The notes under the pieces were generated by a model. The model made no database searches. It worked only from the letters and a program-made list of their open reading frames with translations, and had not been told where the DNA came from. The translations under genes were made by a program, and so were the position numbers. Of a DNA stretch of 64,000 nucleotides, positions 29,283 to 38,831 are shown piece by piece; positions within the stretch are counted from its first letter, which is position 1, and every line of letters starts with the position of its first letter. The stretch lies in the NCBI GenBank assembly GCA_963703315.1, contig OY969811.1:672001-736000 (forward strand), written 5' to 3'. The stretch is from an uncultured cyanobacterium. Its GTDB lineage: Bacteria; Cyanobacteriota; Cyanobacteriia; Pseudanabaenales; Pseudanabaenaceae.

Positions 29283-32200
29283 ATGCCTACTTTTGTAAAT
29301 ACTCCGATCTCATCAAATACATCACAGTCAAAGCCATCCCAAATTAAGGTTTTGATTGTAGAGGATGGCGAAAAAGATCGGTCTATTTATTGTCACTATA
29401 TATATTCTGATCCTACCCATAGTTATCAAATTTTTGAGACCGATCAGATCCAAGAAGCTTTTAATATTTGGCGATCGCATAGTCCTGATGTGGTACTGCT
29501 CGATTTTGATTTGGCTGATGGTAGTGCGCTCAAGTTTTTAGAAAGCATTAAGGCGAGTGTCCTAGAGCCTCAACCTGTAATTATCCTGACTAACTATCAA
29601 GATGGGCTATCGACAGCTAATGCCATCAAGATGGGTGCAGCCGATTATTTGGTTAAAGATGAGATCAGTGCGGTTTCGCTACGCCGTAGTATTCATTGGT
29701 TAGTTGATCAGTTTTCATTAGTGCGGAAGTTGCAGCGATCGCGACAACAAGAAGCTTTGATTTCGGAAATAGCACTTCATGTTCGCCAATTTCTAGAATT
29801 AAATAAAATTTATGAAGCGATCGTGCAGGATGTCAAGAAATTCTTAAACGCCGATCGCACTGTGATTTATAAATTCAATCCTAATATGAGCGGCACGATT
29901 GTTGCCGAAGCTGTCGATGCACCTTGGGAGGCTAGCATTCATGCAAATATTGTTGATACCTGCTTTCGCGATAATTTAGGGGGGGAATATCGGCATGGCA
30001 GGATTTTTGCAGCCGAGGATATTCATCATGCCAACTTAACTGCCTGCCACATTCAACTTTTAGAACGTTTTCAAGTAAAGGCAAATCTCGTAGTTCCTAT
30101 CCTCTTACCTGATCCTGCGGCGTATTTTGATAACGATCATATTAGTGAGCCACCATCTCTGTGGGGGCTATTAGTTGTCCATCAATGCTCATCTACTCGT
30201 CATTGGGACGATTTGGACTTACGCTTATTACAGCAATTGTCAGTACAACTAGCGATCGCCATTCAACAAGCCGAACTCTATCAAAATCTTCAGAACTTGA
30301 ACTCTTCTCTAGAAGAGAAGATCCATCAACGTACTGCGGCATTGCAAGACAGTGAACGCAAATTACGCCAAAGTGAGCAGTTACTGAGAGTTTCCTTTAA
30401 TAACGCGCCTGTGGGAATGGCAACCCTCAGTTTAGAGGGAAATTTCTTAACAGTTAATCAAAATATTTGTAAAACCTACGGCTATTCGGCAGAAGAGTTA
30501 CTACATCTCAAAGCGATCGATATTACCCATCCCGAATCGATCGAACCCACGATCGCGAGCTTAAACAGATTGGTCAGGGGGGAAGCATCCAGCACCATGT
30601 TGGAGAAACAATACATCCATAAAAATGGCAAAATCGTGGACGCGATTAGTCGGGTTAGCTTGATCCGTGATCCAGATAATGATCCTGTGCAGTTTGTAGT
30701 GAGCGTCGAAGATGTCACTGAGAAGAAGCAAAATGAAGCAAAACTAGCTGCTGCTAAGGTAGCCGAAGCCTCCAATAAAGCTAAAAGTGAATTTTTGGCA
30801 GCCATGAGTCACGAAATTCGCACACCAATGAATGCTGTCATTGGGATGGCGGGTCTCTTAACCAATACGCCCCTTTCCACACAGCAGCAAAAATTTGTTT
30901 CTGGAATTCGACAAGGCGGGGAAGTATTACTGTCGGTAATTAATAAAATCCTTGATTTCTCTCAAATTGAATCTGGCACCATTGAATTAGAAGAACATCC
31001 TTTTGATTTCCGTAATTGTATTGAAGAGATTCTGGAGTTAATGTCATCTAATGCTGCGGAAAAGTCGTTAGAACTATCTGCGCTCATTCAGGGGGATGTC
31101 CCCCAACACATCATTGGTGACTCTACCTGTCTACGCCAAGTTTTAGTGAATTTAATCGGTAACGCGATCAAGTTTACTCAAAAAGGTGAGATTGCGATCG
31201 CCGTGAATTCAACCTTAGTGGAGCCAGCATCTAATACATATCAATTGGATTTTCAGGTGTGTGATACAGGTGTGGGTATTGCTCCAGAGGCAATCAATCG
31301 ACTATTTAAGCCCTTTAGTCAAGCAGATAGCTCCATCACGCGCCAATATGGTGGCACTGGATTGGGATTAGCTATCTGCAAAGAGCTTTGTAAGCTCATG
31401 GGTGGCGATATTCAAGTAGAAAGTACCCTCGGAAAGGGGACAACCTTTAGCTTTACAATCCGTACTCAAGCGATCGCCTCCGAATCTATAGCGATCGCCC
31501 CTGAACTAGCTCAAAAACGGATTCTTGTAGTCAATGCCAATAAAACAGTTCAGAAAGCTATTCTTCTATATGTCCAAGCTTGGGGAATGACGGTTCAAGC
31601 TGCCTATTCAGAAGGTTCGGCTTTAAAATATTTAGAAACGAATGAATTTGACGTTGTGTTAGTTGAACGTCATTTGCAATCATTAGATGGATTAGATTTT
31701 GCCAGCAACATTCAAGAAGTTTTTCCTGACTTACCGCTTATCATCATGACTTCATTTGTGGATACTAGTATTTCTAGTTCTACACACTTGGCTGGATATT
31801 TGACCAAACCGATTACTTCATCAAAGCTGTATCAACTATTTTTAAACTTATTTGCAACTGCTGATGCTCAGCCCCCCAGCCATCTAGTTGATAGTTTTCA
31901 ACTAAGTAGCAATTTTGCGAACGAGCATCCCTTTAAAATTTTGATTGTTGAAGATAACTCTGTCAATCAACAAATTCTCTCACTTATGTTGGAAAGTCTA
32001 GGCTATAGAGGGGATACGGTGGATAATGGATTAGAAGCTGTCAATGCGCTAGAAAGACAAAACTATGATTTAGTCTTTATGGATATCCAAATGCCGATTA
32101 TGGATGGCTTGACGGCTTGCCAGCATATTCGCCAATTATCAGAACGCAGTCCTTGGATTATCGGACTTTCGGCAAATGCATTTAGAGAATCTCGTGAAAA

Positions 32201-32822
32201 GGCTCTATCGATGGGAATGAATGATTATCTTACGAAGCCTTTGCAAATTGAAGATTTAGTAAAAACTCTACAACGTATTTCTGAGTATTTAAAATCTAGT
32301 GACCAGCCTTTAGGATTAGCAAAAAGTGATTTATTATCTCAAAGCCTAGATTCGTTAACTGAAAACCCTATTGAGTTAGCGAAAGTTCCATTTAATAATC
32401 TTGATAATCTTGAGCCATCTATCACTGGCTCTAATACTTACTCAGAATTAGAGTTTTCTATTGCCGAACTTAATGTAATTAATCCTGCCACAATCCAAGG
32501 CTTAGAAAGCTTTATCAGTAAGCATGAACTAAGTGAAGTTATTGAGTCCTATTTAGCTGAATCAGAACTAGCGATCGCAAAAATGAAGTATTCATTAAAG
32601 CAATTGAATTTTGCGGGAATCAGCTTTGAGAATCATTCACTCAGAGGAGGATGTGGCACTTTAGGGGCGGATCGACTTGTGGCGATTTGCAAAGAATTAA
32701 GCCATGCTTGTAAGATCCAAGATCAGGATAGCAAGGTCAAAGGTATAGAGCAGGTTATTCAGAAACTAGAGTTTGAATTTGCTAAAGTATCTCAAGTGTT
32801 GAAACAAAAAATGTCTGCTTAA
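29283..32822 (+). CDS. Hybrid sensor kinase REC-GAF(DXCF cyanobacteriochrome)-PAS-HisKA-HATPase-REC-REC-Hpt
   Basis: DTCF and ACH in the GAF; SHEIRTPMN H-box; NAIKFT; GGTGLGL; FMDIQMP; HSLRG Hpt. Confidence 0.92.
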   Translation: MPTFVNTPISSNTSQSKPSQIKVLIVEDGEKDRSIYCHYIYSDPTHSYQIFETDQIQEAFNIWRSHSPDVVLLDFDLADGSALKFLESIKASVLEPQPVIILTNYQDGLSTANAIKMGAADYLVKDEISAVSLRRSIHWLVDQFSLVRKLQRSRQQEALISEIALHVRQFLELNKIYEAIVQDVKKFLNADRTVIYKFNPNMSGTIVAEAVDAPWEASIHANIVDTCFRDNLGGEYRHGRIFAAEDIHHANLTACHIQLLERFQVKANLVVPILLPDPAAYFDNDHISEPPSLWGLLVVHQCSSTRHWDDLDLRLLQQLSVQLAIAIQQAELYQNLQNLNSSLEEKIHQRTAALQDSERKLRQSEQLLRVSFNNAPVGMATLSLEGNFLTVNQNICKTYGYSAEELLHLKAIDITHPESIEPTIASLNRLVRGEASSTMLEKQYIHKNGKIVDAISRVSLIRDPDNDPVQFVVSVEDVTEKKQNEAKLAAAKVAEASNKAKSEFLAAMSHEIRTPMNAVIGMAGLLTNTPLSTQQQKFVSGIRQGGEVLLSVINKILDFSQIESGTIELEEHPFDFRNCIEEILELMSSNAAEKSLELSALIQGDVPQHIIGDSTCLRQVLVNLIGNAIKFTQKGEIAIAVNSTLVEPASNTYQLDFQVCDTGVGIAPEAINRLFKPFSQADSSITRQYGGTGLGLAICKELCKLMGGDIQVESTLGKGTTFSFTIRTQAIASESIAIAPELAQKRILVVNANKTVQKAILLYVQAWGMTVQAAYSEGSALKYLETNEFDVVLVERHLQSLDGLDFASNIQEVFPDLPLIIMTSFVDTSISSSTHLAGYLTKPITSSKLYQLFLNLFATADAQPPSHLVDSFQLSSNFANEHPFKILIVEDNSVNQQILSLMLESLGYRGDTVDNGLEAVNALERQNYDLVFMDIQMPIMDGLTACQHIRQLSERSPWIIGLSANAFRESREKALSMGMNDYLTKPLQIEDLVKTLQRISEYLKSSDQPLGLAKSDLLSQSLDSLTENPIELAKVPFNNLDNLEPSITGSNTYSELEFSIAELNVINPATIQGLESFISKHELSEVIESYLAESELAIAKMKYSLKQLNFAGISFENHSLRGGCGTLGADRLVAICKELSHACKIQDQDSKVKGIEQVIQKLEFEFAKVSQVLKQKMSA

Positions 32823-32986
32823 GGATCTGGGCATAATTAAAACCCCAAAACCTGTGGCGCACGCTGCGCGTGCGCCACAGGTTTTGGGGTTTTATATTTA
32901 ATTGCGTCCATATTCTTAAGTGAGTTGCGGCGATTCGCGCCGCCAATCATCTTCTGGGTTTTATCCTAAGCAAAACTTTTGCTATA
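32820..32986. mobile_element. Family A element (32820-32918) abutting a left-truncated family B element (32921-32986)
   Basis: TA-aggatctgggcataatt..aattgcgtccatattct-TA, starting in the kinase stop codon; then gagttgcggc..gggtttt..gctata. Confidence 0.8.
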
Positions 32987-33057
32987 GTGAGAACGCAAAG
33001 CGCTATAGTTATGTTCAAAATTGGAAGATTTGCAAGAATTATTGAGAGCCTTAGCTT

Positions 33058-34023
33058 ATGTCAGCCGCAACCAAAAAGTATCGATTAATTACCCGTAGCG
33101 ATTTTGACGGTGTAGTTAGCGCTGTATTACTCAAGGAACTGGATATGATCGATGAGATCCTATTCGTCCATCCCAAAGACGTGCAAGACGGTAAGGTAGA
33201 GGTCTGCGATCGCGATATTTTGACGAATCTCCCCTATATTGAAGGTGCATATTTAATCTTCGATCACCATGCTAGTGAAACGATGCGGGTTTATGACACT
33301 CCTGAAAATCATATTATTGAAGGTGATGCGCCCTCAGCCGCGAGAGTTGTTTATAACTACTACGGTGGAAAATTAAAGTTTCCGCAAATTTCCCAAGAGA
33401 TGATGCAAGCGGTGGACAAGTGTGACTCAGCACAATTTGACATCAATGATGTTCTGCATCCCCAAGGTTGGGTCTTATTGAGTTTTTTGATGGATTCGCG
33501 GACAGGCTTAGGAAGATTTCGCGAGTTTACGATCTCTAATTATGCCTTAATGATGGAATTAGTGGAAGCCTGCCGTATTCAGACGATTGAAGAAATTATG
33601 GAACTTCCCAACATCAAGGAACGTGTAGAACTTTATTTTACTCAGCAAGAAATCTTTAAGAGGCAGATTCAAAGTTGCGCTGAAGTTTACGATAAGCTCA
33701 TCGTAGTTAATTTACAGAACGAAGAAACGATCTACGCGGGCAATCGCTTTATGGTGTATGCACTCTATCCTGAGTGTAATATTTCCATGCACTTGATGTG
33801 GGGAAGACAAAAGCAAAATACTGTATTTGCAGTTGGGAAGTCGGTGATCAATCGTACCTGTCCTCTCAATATCGGAGAGTTGATGTTGAGATATGAAGGA
33901 GGTGGTCATGCCAATGCGGGTACTTGTCAGATTGCTAATGAGCAAGCGGACAAGGTTAAACAGGAATTGATTGATGTGATCATACGGAATAATCAAGGGG
34001 TGCAACCAGCGACGCTAGCTTAG
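33058..34023 (+). CDS. DHH-family phosphoesterase (exopolyphosphatase/nanoRNase-like)
   Basis: TRSDFDG, FDHH and GGGH motifs. Confidence 0.85.
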   Translation: MSAATKKYRLITRSDFDGVVSAVLLKELDMIDEILFVHPKDVQDGKVEVCDRDILTNLPYIEGAYLIFDHHASETMRVYDTPENHIIEGDAPSAARVVYNYYGGKLKFPQISQEMMQAVDKCDSAQFDINDVLHPQGWVLLSFLMDSRTGLGRFREFTISNYALMMELVEACRIQTIEEIMELPNIKERVELYFTQQEIFKRQIQSCAEVYDKLIVVNLQNEETIYAGNRFMVYALYPECNISMHLMWGRQKQNTVFAVGKSVINRTCPLNIGELMLRYEGGGHANAGTCQIANEQADKVKQELIDVIIRNNQGVQPATLA

Positions 34024-34591
34024 GACGCAAGCTTGACAAGGCGATCGCTCGATGACTGATTTTGGCTTTGACTTCAGGAGCAATCTCACCAAAGGTTTGC
34101 TGAAGCTCTGGCACGAAAAAAATCGGGTCATAGCCAAATCCACCGTTACCAACTGGTGCATCAGCGATCGCCCCTTTGCATATCCCAATTGCCTCGGCAG
34201 CGATCGCGCCATCGGGTGAGGCGATCGCGATCGCACAGACAAATTGTGCTGCTCGATTAGAAGCACTACGAAGTTCTTGTAAAACTCGATCAATACGTGA
34301 GCGATCAGTGTCTGCATATCTAGCGGAGAGTACTCCAGGAGCGCCGTTGAGAGCAACTACTTCTAGTCCTGAGTCATCAGCGATCGCCCATTCGTTAGTG
34401 GCGATCGCCACCTGAGAAGCTTTAAGCCGTGCATTCTCAATAAAAGTTATCCCTGTTTCTTCAACATCAATGCTGTCAGGTTTTGCAATCAGAGTTACGC
34501 CTAGATTTGCCAAATAAGCGCGAAATTCTTCTACCTTACCAGCATTGCCACTGGCAATCACTAATTTTTGAAGTGGAGTGGATACAGACAT
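33980..34591 (-). CDS. rdgB: Non-canonical purine NTP pyrophosphatase (Ham1/RdgB)
   Basis: SGNAGKVEE, ENARLKA, ADDSGL, GFGYDPIF and SHR motifs. Confidence 0.96.
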   Translation of the reverse strand: MSVSTPLQKLVIASGNAGKVEEFRAYLANLGVTLIAKPDSIDVEETGITFIENARLKASQVAIATNEWAIADDSGLEVVALNGAPGVLSARYADTDRSRIDRVLQELRSASNRAAQFVCAIAIASPDGAIAAEAIGICKGAIADAPVGNGGFGYDPIFFVPELQQTFGEIAPEVKAKISHRAIALSSLRPKLASLVAPLDYSV

Positions 34592-34681
34592 TTGTTAAAC
34601 CATTTGTGAATTGTCGTGCCACAAAAATAAGCTTTTTGCAGCATTTTTGCATAAGGCTTAAATTTTACAGCAAAAAAACAA

Positions 34682-34775
34682 TAGGACTTACGCAAAATGA
34701 TTTTATCGTAGGGTCAATTCATGAATTGACCCTACGATAAAATCAGGGTTTTGAGGTATTTTTGCGTAAGTCCTA
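34682..34775. mobile_element. Family C MITE (TIR TAGGACTTACGCAA) enclosing a GTAG-type REP palindrome
   Basis: TAGGACTTACGCAAAA..TTTTGCGTAAGTCCTA; inner gtagggtcaattcatgaattgaccctac at 34708-34735. Confidence 0.85.
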
Positions 34776-34821
34776 AACAAAAGAGATATGCAGTGCAAAG
34801 CATCGCATATCTCTTTTGTTG

Positions 34822-36786
34822 TTATGGTTTCAAGCCCAAAAAGAAATCTGACTGGAAGCGATCGCTAGTTTCCGAATAAACAAAAACAGCCCCCCCCAGT
34901 TTATCTATTACTTTTTTGATTGGAGCAGGAAGTTCTGAATTTGCTGGTTTATCAGTATCGTCGGGGTTAGGCATTATCTCTGCCAAGAAGAATCCTGCAC
35001 CTAGTTTGGCGATCGCATTAACATTGAGATAAAAGTAACCGAAGTTGGGTTGAGGCATATCGGCGATCGCGTCTCGAAACTCTGGAGATTCCGCAAGAGT
35101 TGTTTTAGGGACTGGGATAAATGCCGATGCTGTATTTGCCCCTAAGGTAAAGATTAAAGTTTGGCGATCGCGCCAACCGTAGGCGAATATACTTTGAGTT
35201 CTGCCCTGCTCTCGACCATCGGGAAACTCAAAACTAGTTAGTAAAGTTGTCCCCACTTGGCGCTTTTTCACTTGCAGAAATTCTTTGTCAAAACTGACCA
35301 AATATTTAGTCAGTTTATCCAGAGTTGCATTAGCAGCTTCGGGCTTTGATGTACGAATTAAGGCTCCTAAGGTAAGGTCAATGCCCATTTCTTTAAAAGG
35401 AGAGCGATCGCTAGGGAATACCACCAAGGCATATTCGCCATCAATCCAAGAAATAACATCTTTCTCAATATCAAGGTTGAGTCCCGATCCAGCAATTAAA
35501 GGAGTGAGCATTCGCAAGCTTTCCACAAAGATTTTATAGGATGGTTGCAGCTTTGCCTCTTCTACAAACCACTGCCATTGACGATTGAGGTTGCGGCTGG
35601 TAATAGCTCCATAAATATTTGATGGCAGATAGGAAAGAAGCCGATCGCGAGTTGCGTTATCCTTGGGCAAGGGCGATCGCACTTCTGAGAAATAGCTATT
35701 ACTTTGACTGCGTATACCTTTAGGAGTTACCCATGTAAACAAATCTAAACTGCTGTACTGCCCTAAAGTATATTTCAAGCCTTGAAGATATTCGGCACGA
35801 CTGAATCCTGGAATATCCGATGTTTCAGGCAAGTCAGCAGCAAGGAGTTCTGATATCTTTGTCAGTTCTTTAAAATCACCATAGCCAGCAATCAACGAAC
35901 GGTTCCATAATGGATGATTGAGCGATCGCAAAAAGAGTTGATTATCAGCTAAAGAATCAGATGCATGAGTATCAATCATCCTCTCAATAGTTTGGCGATC
36001 AGAGGCAATAACCGCGACTCCACTGGGTAACTGGGCGATCGCAAAGCGCTTAAAGTTAAAGTCTAGAAGTTGTGGAGGAGCATTTTCATTTGATTCGGAT
36101 TCATTCTCAAGATTAGGATTCTGATCATCTGGGGATTGTTTGGTACGCAGAAGCGAAGTTAACGAGTTTTGAGCGTTCAATCTTCGAGAAGTGACGGATT
36201 GATCATCTTCAGAGTTCTCTTCTAATTGCCATTCCCGAATCTTGATGTTTTTGTACAGGGTTTCCTTGGGTTTTGGCAGCCCTCCTCCTTGCAACTTTTG
36301 AATGAAATCCTCAAATTTCTGGCTATCTTGAACTACAGACAAAGCCGCAACTGAAAACTCTAATTTATCAGGATCATTCATCAAAAAGGCGATCGCTAGT
36401 TCTTTCCCCAACCAAGGCTGCACATCTTTAATGATAGAGAAGTCTTCAGATAGCCCTAGAAAATTTAGAAGTTTGTTGATCGCTAAAATTGGACTTTGAG
36501 CAGGTAGCTGAAACTGCTCTAATGCTTGCCAAGAGCGCTGATCAACATCAACAAATACCAAACCCAACGCATTTGTCGGAATCTGTTTGGCAATATTCAA
36601 AGAACGTTGAGCAAATTGATGATCTATCGCTTCCTTGAGGTTAGCTGCTTGTGGAGCAGCAGTATTTACACTCAAATATCTAGTAACGCTTTGGCTAAGT
36701 AACGGATTACTTTGAGAATTAGCGATCGCAGGTAAGGCTGATGTACCAGCACCAATTGCCAAAATCGCCGCAAATAAACTCTTCAC
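34822..36786 (-). CDS. DUF3352 family exported protein
   Basis: Signal peptide; DVQPWLGKE and ISWIDGEYAL motifs; C-terminal PQPNFGYFYLN. Confidence 0.8.
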   Translation of the reverse strand: MKSLFAAILAIGAGTSALPAIANSQSNPLLSQSVTRYLSVNTAAPQAANLKEAIDHQFAQRSLNIAKQIPTNALGLVFVDVDQRSWQALEQFQLPAQSPILAINKLLNFLGLSEDFSIIKDVQPWLGKELAIAFLMNDPDKLEFSVAALSVVQDSQKFEDFIQKLQGGGLPKPKETLYKNIKIREWQLEENSEDDQSVTSRRLNAQNSLTSLLRTKQSPDDQNPNLENESESNENAPPQLLDFNFKRFAIAQLPSGVAVIASDRQTIERMIDTHASDSLADNQLFLRSLNHPLWNRSLIAGYGDFKELTKISELLAADLPETSDIPGFSRAEYLQGLKYTLGQYSSLDLFTWVTPKGIRSQSNSYFSEVRSPLPKDNATRDRLLSYLPSNIYGAITSRNLNRQWQWFVEEAKLQPSYKIFVESLRMLTPLIAGSGLNLDIEKDVISWIDGEYALVVFPSDRSPFKEMGIDLTLGALIRTSKPEAANATLDKLTKYLVSFDKEFLQVKKRQVGTTLLTSFEFPDGREQGRTQSIFAYGWRDRQTLIFTLGANTASAFIPVPKTTLAESPEFRDAIADMPQPNFGYFYLNVNAIAKLGAGFFLAEIMPNPDDTDKPANSELPAPIKKVIDKLGGAVFVYSETSDRFQSDFFLGLKP

Positions 36787-36921
36787 TCACAACCTCTTAT
36801 AAAAAAATTACACTTATAAAACAACAAATAAAACAACAAATTTCCGAGTTTTTAAATGACAAACAAGACTAATCCATCACAGATAGAAATAGGCGGCGCT
36901 TTGCGCCGCCTATTTCTATTA

Positions 36922-38070
36922 TCAATTGATATTACAGCTAGAAATTTTGGCTAAAAGTGCAGCATACTGAGCCTGAAGTTCTTGTGCCTTACTATCTTTT
37001 GATTGATGCCATGCGGTTAACCAAAGTGGTGTCGGGAAATGTCCATTAGGCGCAGTTTGCGAGTAAGTAGCATTAGATGAAATCCAATTTGCATTTTGTC
37101 GCCAGCCCACAACTTCGCTAAAGGTTTGCCAACTTTTCAAAGCCTTGTCTTCTTCAATGACCGCACCAAATATCTTACTGACTTCATCGGCGGAAGTATT
37201 ACCAGAATCACTAGTTTGACTTGAAGGCTGAAATGGAGTCTTAGTAACTTCGGTAGGACTGTCAGGGACTAATTTCAACAATTGCGACGAAGCCCTAACT
37301 TCATGAGCTTTCTGAGCTAAAATCTGCTCTTGAGCTTGTTTAATTTCTTTAATGAGAATTGGCGCAAGTACTCGAAATTGATTGTTAGGGTTAGCCACAG
37401 CCGCTTTAACTGACTGAATCATCACGTTCCATTCATTCAAGCCAAAGCGATCGCCTATTTCCTGTAGCTGCGTGCAGATTGTGGCGAGATTTTGACGACT
37501 GCGAGGACTATCTGGCTGCTTAAATAGCTCCAGCATATTCCGTAATTTAACAGGGATTTCCGATTGAAATACACCCAACATCTCTCTTGTATCAACCTTG
37601 GTACTAGTTTGGGTTCCGCTCTTAGCTTGCGCTCCAGAGCCTTTGCCTGAGATCAAGATTTGCAGATGATTTTTAAGTTTTTCAAAAATTTGATCAGAAC
37701 CTGCCATCACTGTGTCAACGGCATCTTTAGTTAAGCCATAGGGACTTTGTAGATGTTCTACTAATTCTTGCAATTTATCAAAGGCTTGGAGAAAAAGAGT
37801 TTGCAGATCTTGATCAACCTTAAAATTAGTATTCTCACGAATGACTTTAAAATAATCCTCAAAGTTGTGAGCAACGTGCTGAATGCTACTAAATCCCAGC
37901 ATTGCTGCTCCCCCTTTAATCGAATGAGCAGCTCGAAATATTTCATTAACCGCTTCCGCATCCCCCATGAGCGATTGTAAGTTGAGTAGTCCTGACTCAA
38001 TTGTTTGCAGATGCTCCTTAGCTTCTTCAATAAAGTAACCTGTAATCTGCTTTTGCTTATCTTGATCCAT
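36922..38070 (-). CDS. Hpt-domain protein (CheA/PilL-N-like) ending in the C-terminal half of a GUN4 domain
   Basis: YFIEEAKEHL..FRAAHSIKGGAAMLG Hpt; C-terminal WQTFSEVVGWR..W..APNGHFP..SCNI. Confidence 0.8.
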   Translation of the reverse strand: MDQDKQKQITGYFIEEAKEHLQTIESGLLNLQSLMGDAEAVNEIFRAAHSIKGGAAMLGFSSIQHVAHNFEDYFKVIRENTNFKVDQDLQTLFLQAFDKLQELVEHLQSPYGLTKDAVDTVMAGSDQIFEKLKNHLQILISGKGSGAQAKSGTQTSTKVDTREMLGVFQSEIPVKLRNMLELFKQPDSPRSRQNLATICTQLQEIGDRFGLNEWNVMIQSVKAAVANPNNQFRVLAPILIKEIKQAQEQILAQKAHEVRASSQLLKLVPDSPTEVTKTPFQPSSQTSDSGNTSADEVSKIFGAVIEEDKALKSWQTFSEVVGWRQNANWISSNATYSQTAPNGHFPTPLWLTAWHQSKDSKAQELQAQYAALLAKISSCNIN

Positions 38071-38160
38071 GATATGAGCCTCTGCAATCCTAATGTAATT
38101 CTAATCTATAGCTATAGCCCCAAGAAATAGTTGCAACGCAAAGCGCTGCAACTATCTTTC

Positions 38161-38754
38161 TTACCCCAAAATTGATGACATATAGATTTGATTTTGGGCG
38201 CTAAATCCATAACGACCTTGACTATGCTGTCGCCAAAGTTTATCGATGAGTTGTAAGTCATCACAAGAAATTTGCTTAACTTCCTCAGCAGACAATACCG
38301 AACCAATATTTTTACGAGCCGCTTGACACATCACATTCCATGTTTCTTGATTTGCTTCTTGCCATTTACCACTGGCTAGTAAATCTTGTAATTTTGTATA
38401 ATCAACTCCTGTAGACGATTTGAGTGTTTGCCTTTGCGGTGATGGCGCGGAACTAGCGATCGCCGCCAAATTACTGCTAGGACGGCGAAACCGTAAGGTC
38501 ATTGTGCCATTTCCCTGCCCATCACTTAACAAAATTGCTTCACCAGTAGCTGTGAATTTGACGGCAATTTCCACTTCATCTAGAGCTAGCCCATTGGCGT
38601 GACTTGGAGAACTATCAGTTGCGAGTTGCTGAACTAAGCTAGCAAGTTTTTGAATGCTGTCTTTGATCTTAGTGGTGCTAACCGATTTGATCGACTCACC
38701 AGTGGCGCGATCGCTATTTGCTGCAAACTCAATTAGTATTTCTTCGCTATCCAT
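38161..38754 (-). CDS. Pepco/Trypco-like domain fused to the N-terminal half of a GUN4 domain
   Basis: LDEVEIAVKFTATGE..MTLRFRR; then LKSSTGVDYTKLQDLL..W.EA..ET..C.DL..ID.LW..S.GRYGFSAQ, followed by an early stop. Confidence 0.75.
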   Translation of the reverse strand: MDSEEILIEFAANSDRATGESIKSVSTTKIKDSIQKLASLVQQLATDSSPSHANGLALDEVEIAVKFTATGEAILLSDGQGNGTMTLRFRRPSSNLAAIASSAPSPQRQTLKSSTGVDYTKLQDLLASGKWQEANQETWNVMCQAARKNIGSVLSAEEVKQISCDDLQLIDKLWRQHSQGRYGFSAQNQIYMSSILG

Positions 38755-38831
38755 GACATCCTTAATTTGGTGCTATTGGGGGCTGTTTAGGGCTATTGGC
38801 TAGATCTTAAGATGACCTCTCTGCCTAAATT

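Noticed and set aside
38071..38163. Frameshift or readthrough joining the two GUN4-half genes
   Set aside because: The downstream gene has its own ATG and ~300 aa of Hpt and helical sequence before the GUN4 C-half, and a hairpin lies in the spacer; a simple frameshifted single gene does not explain the layout.
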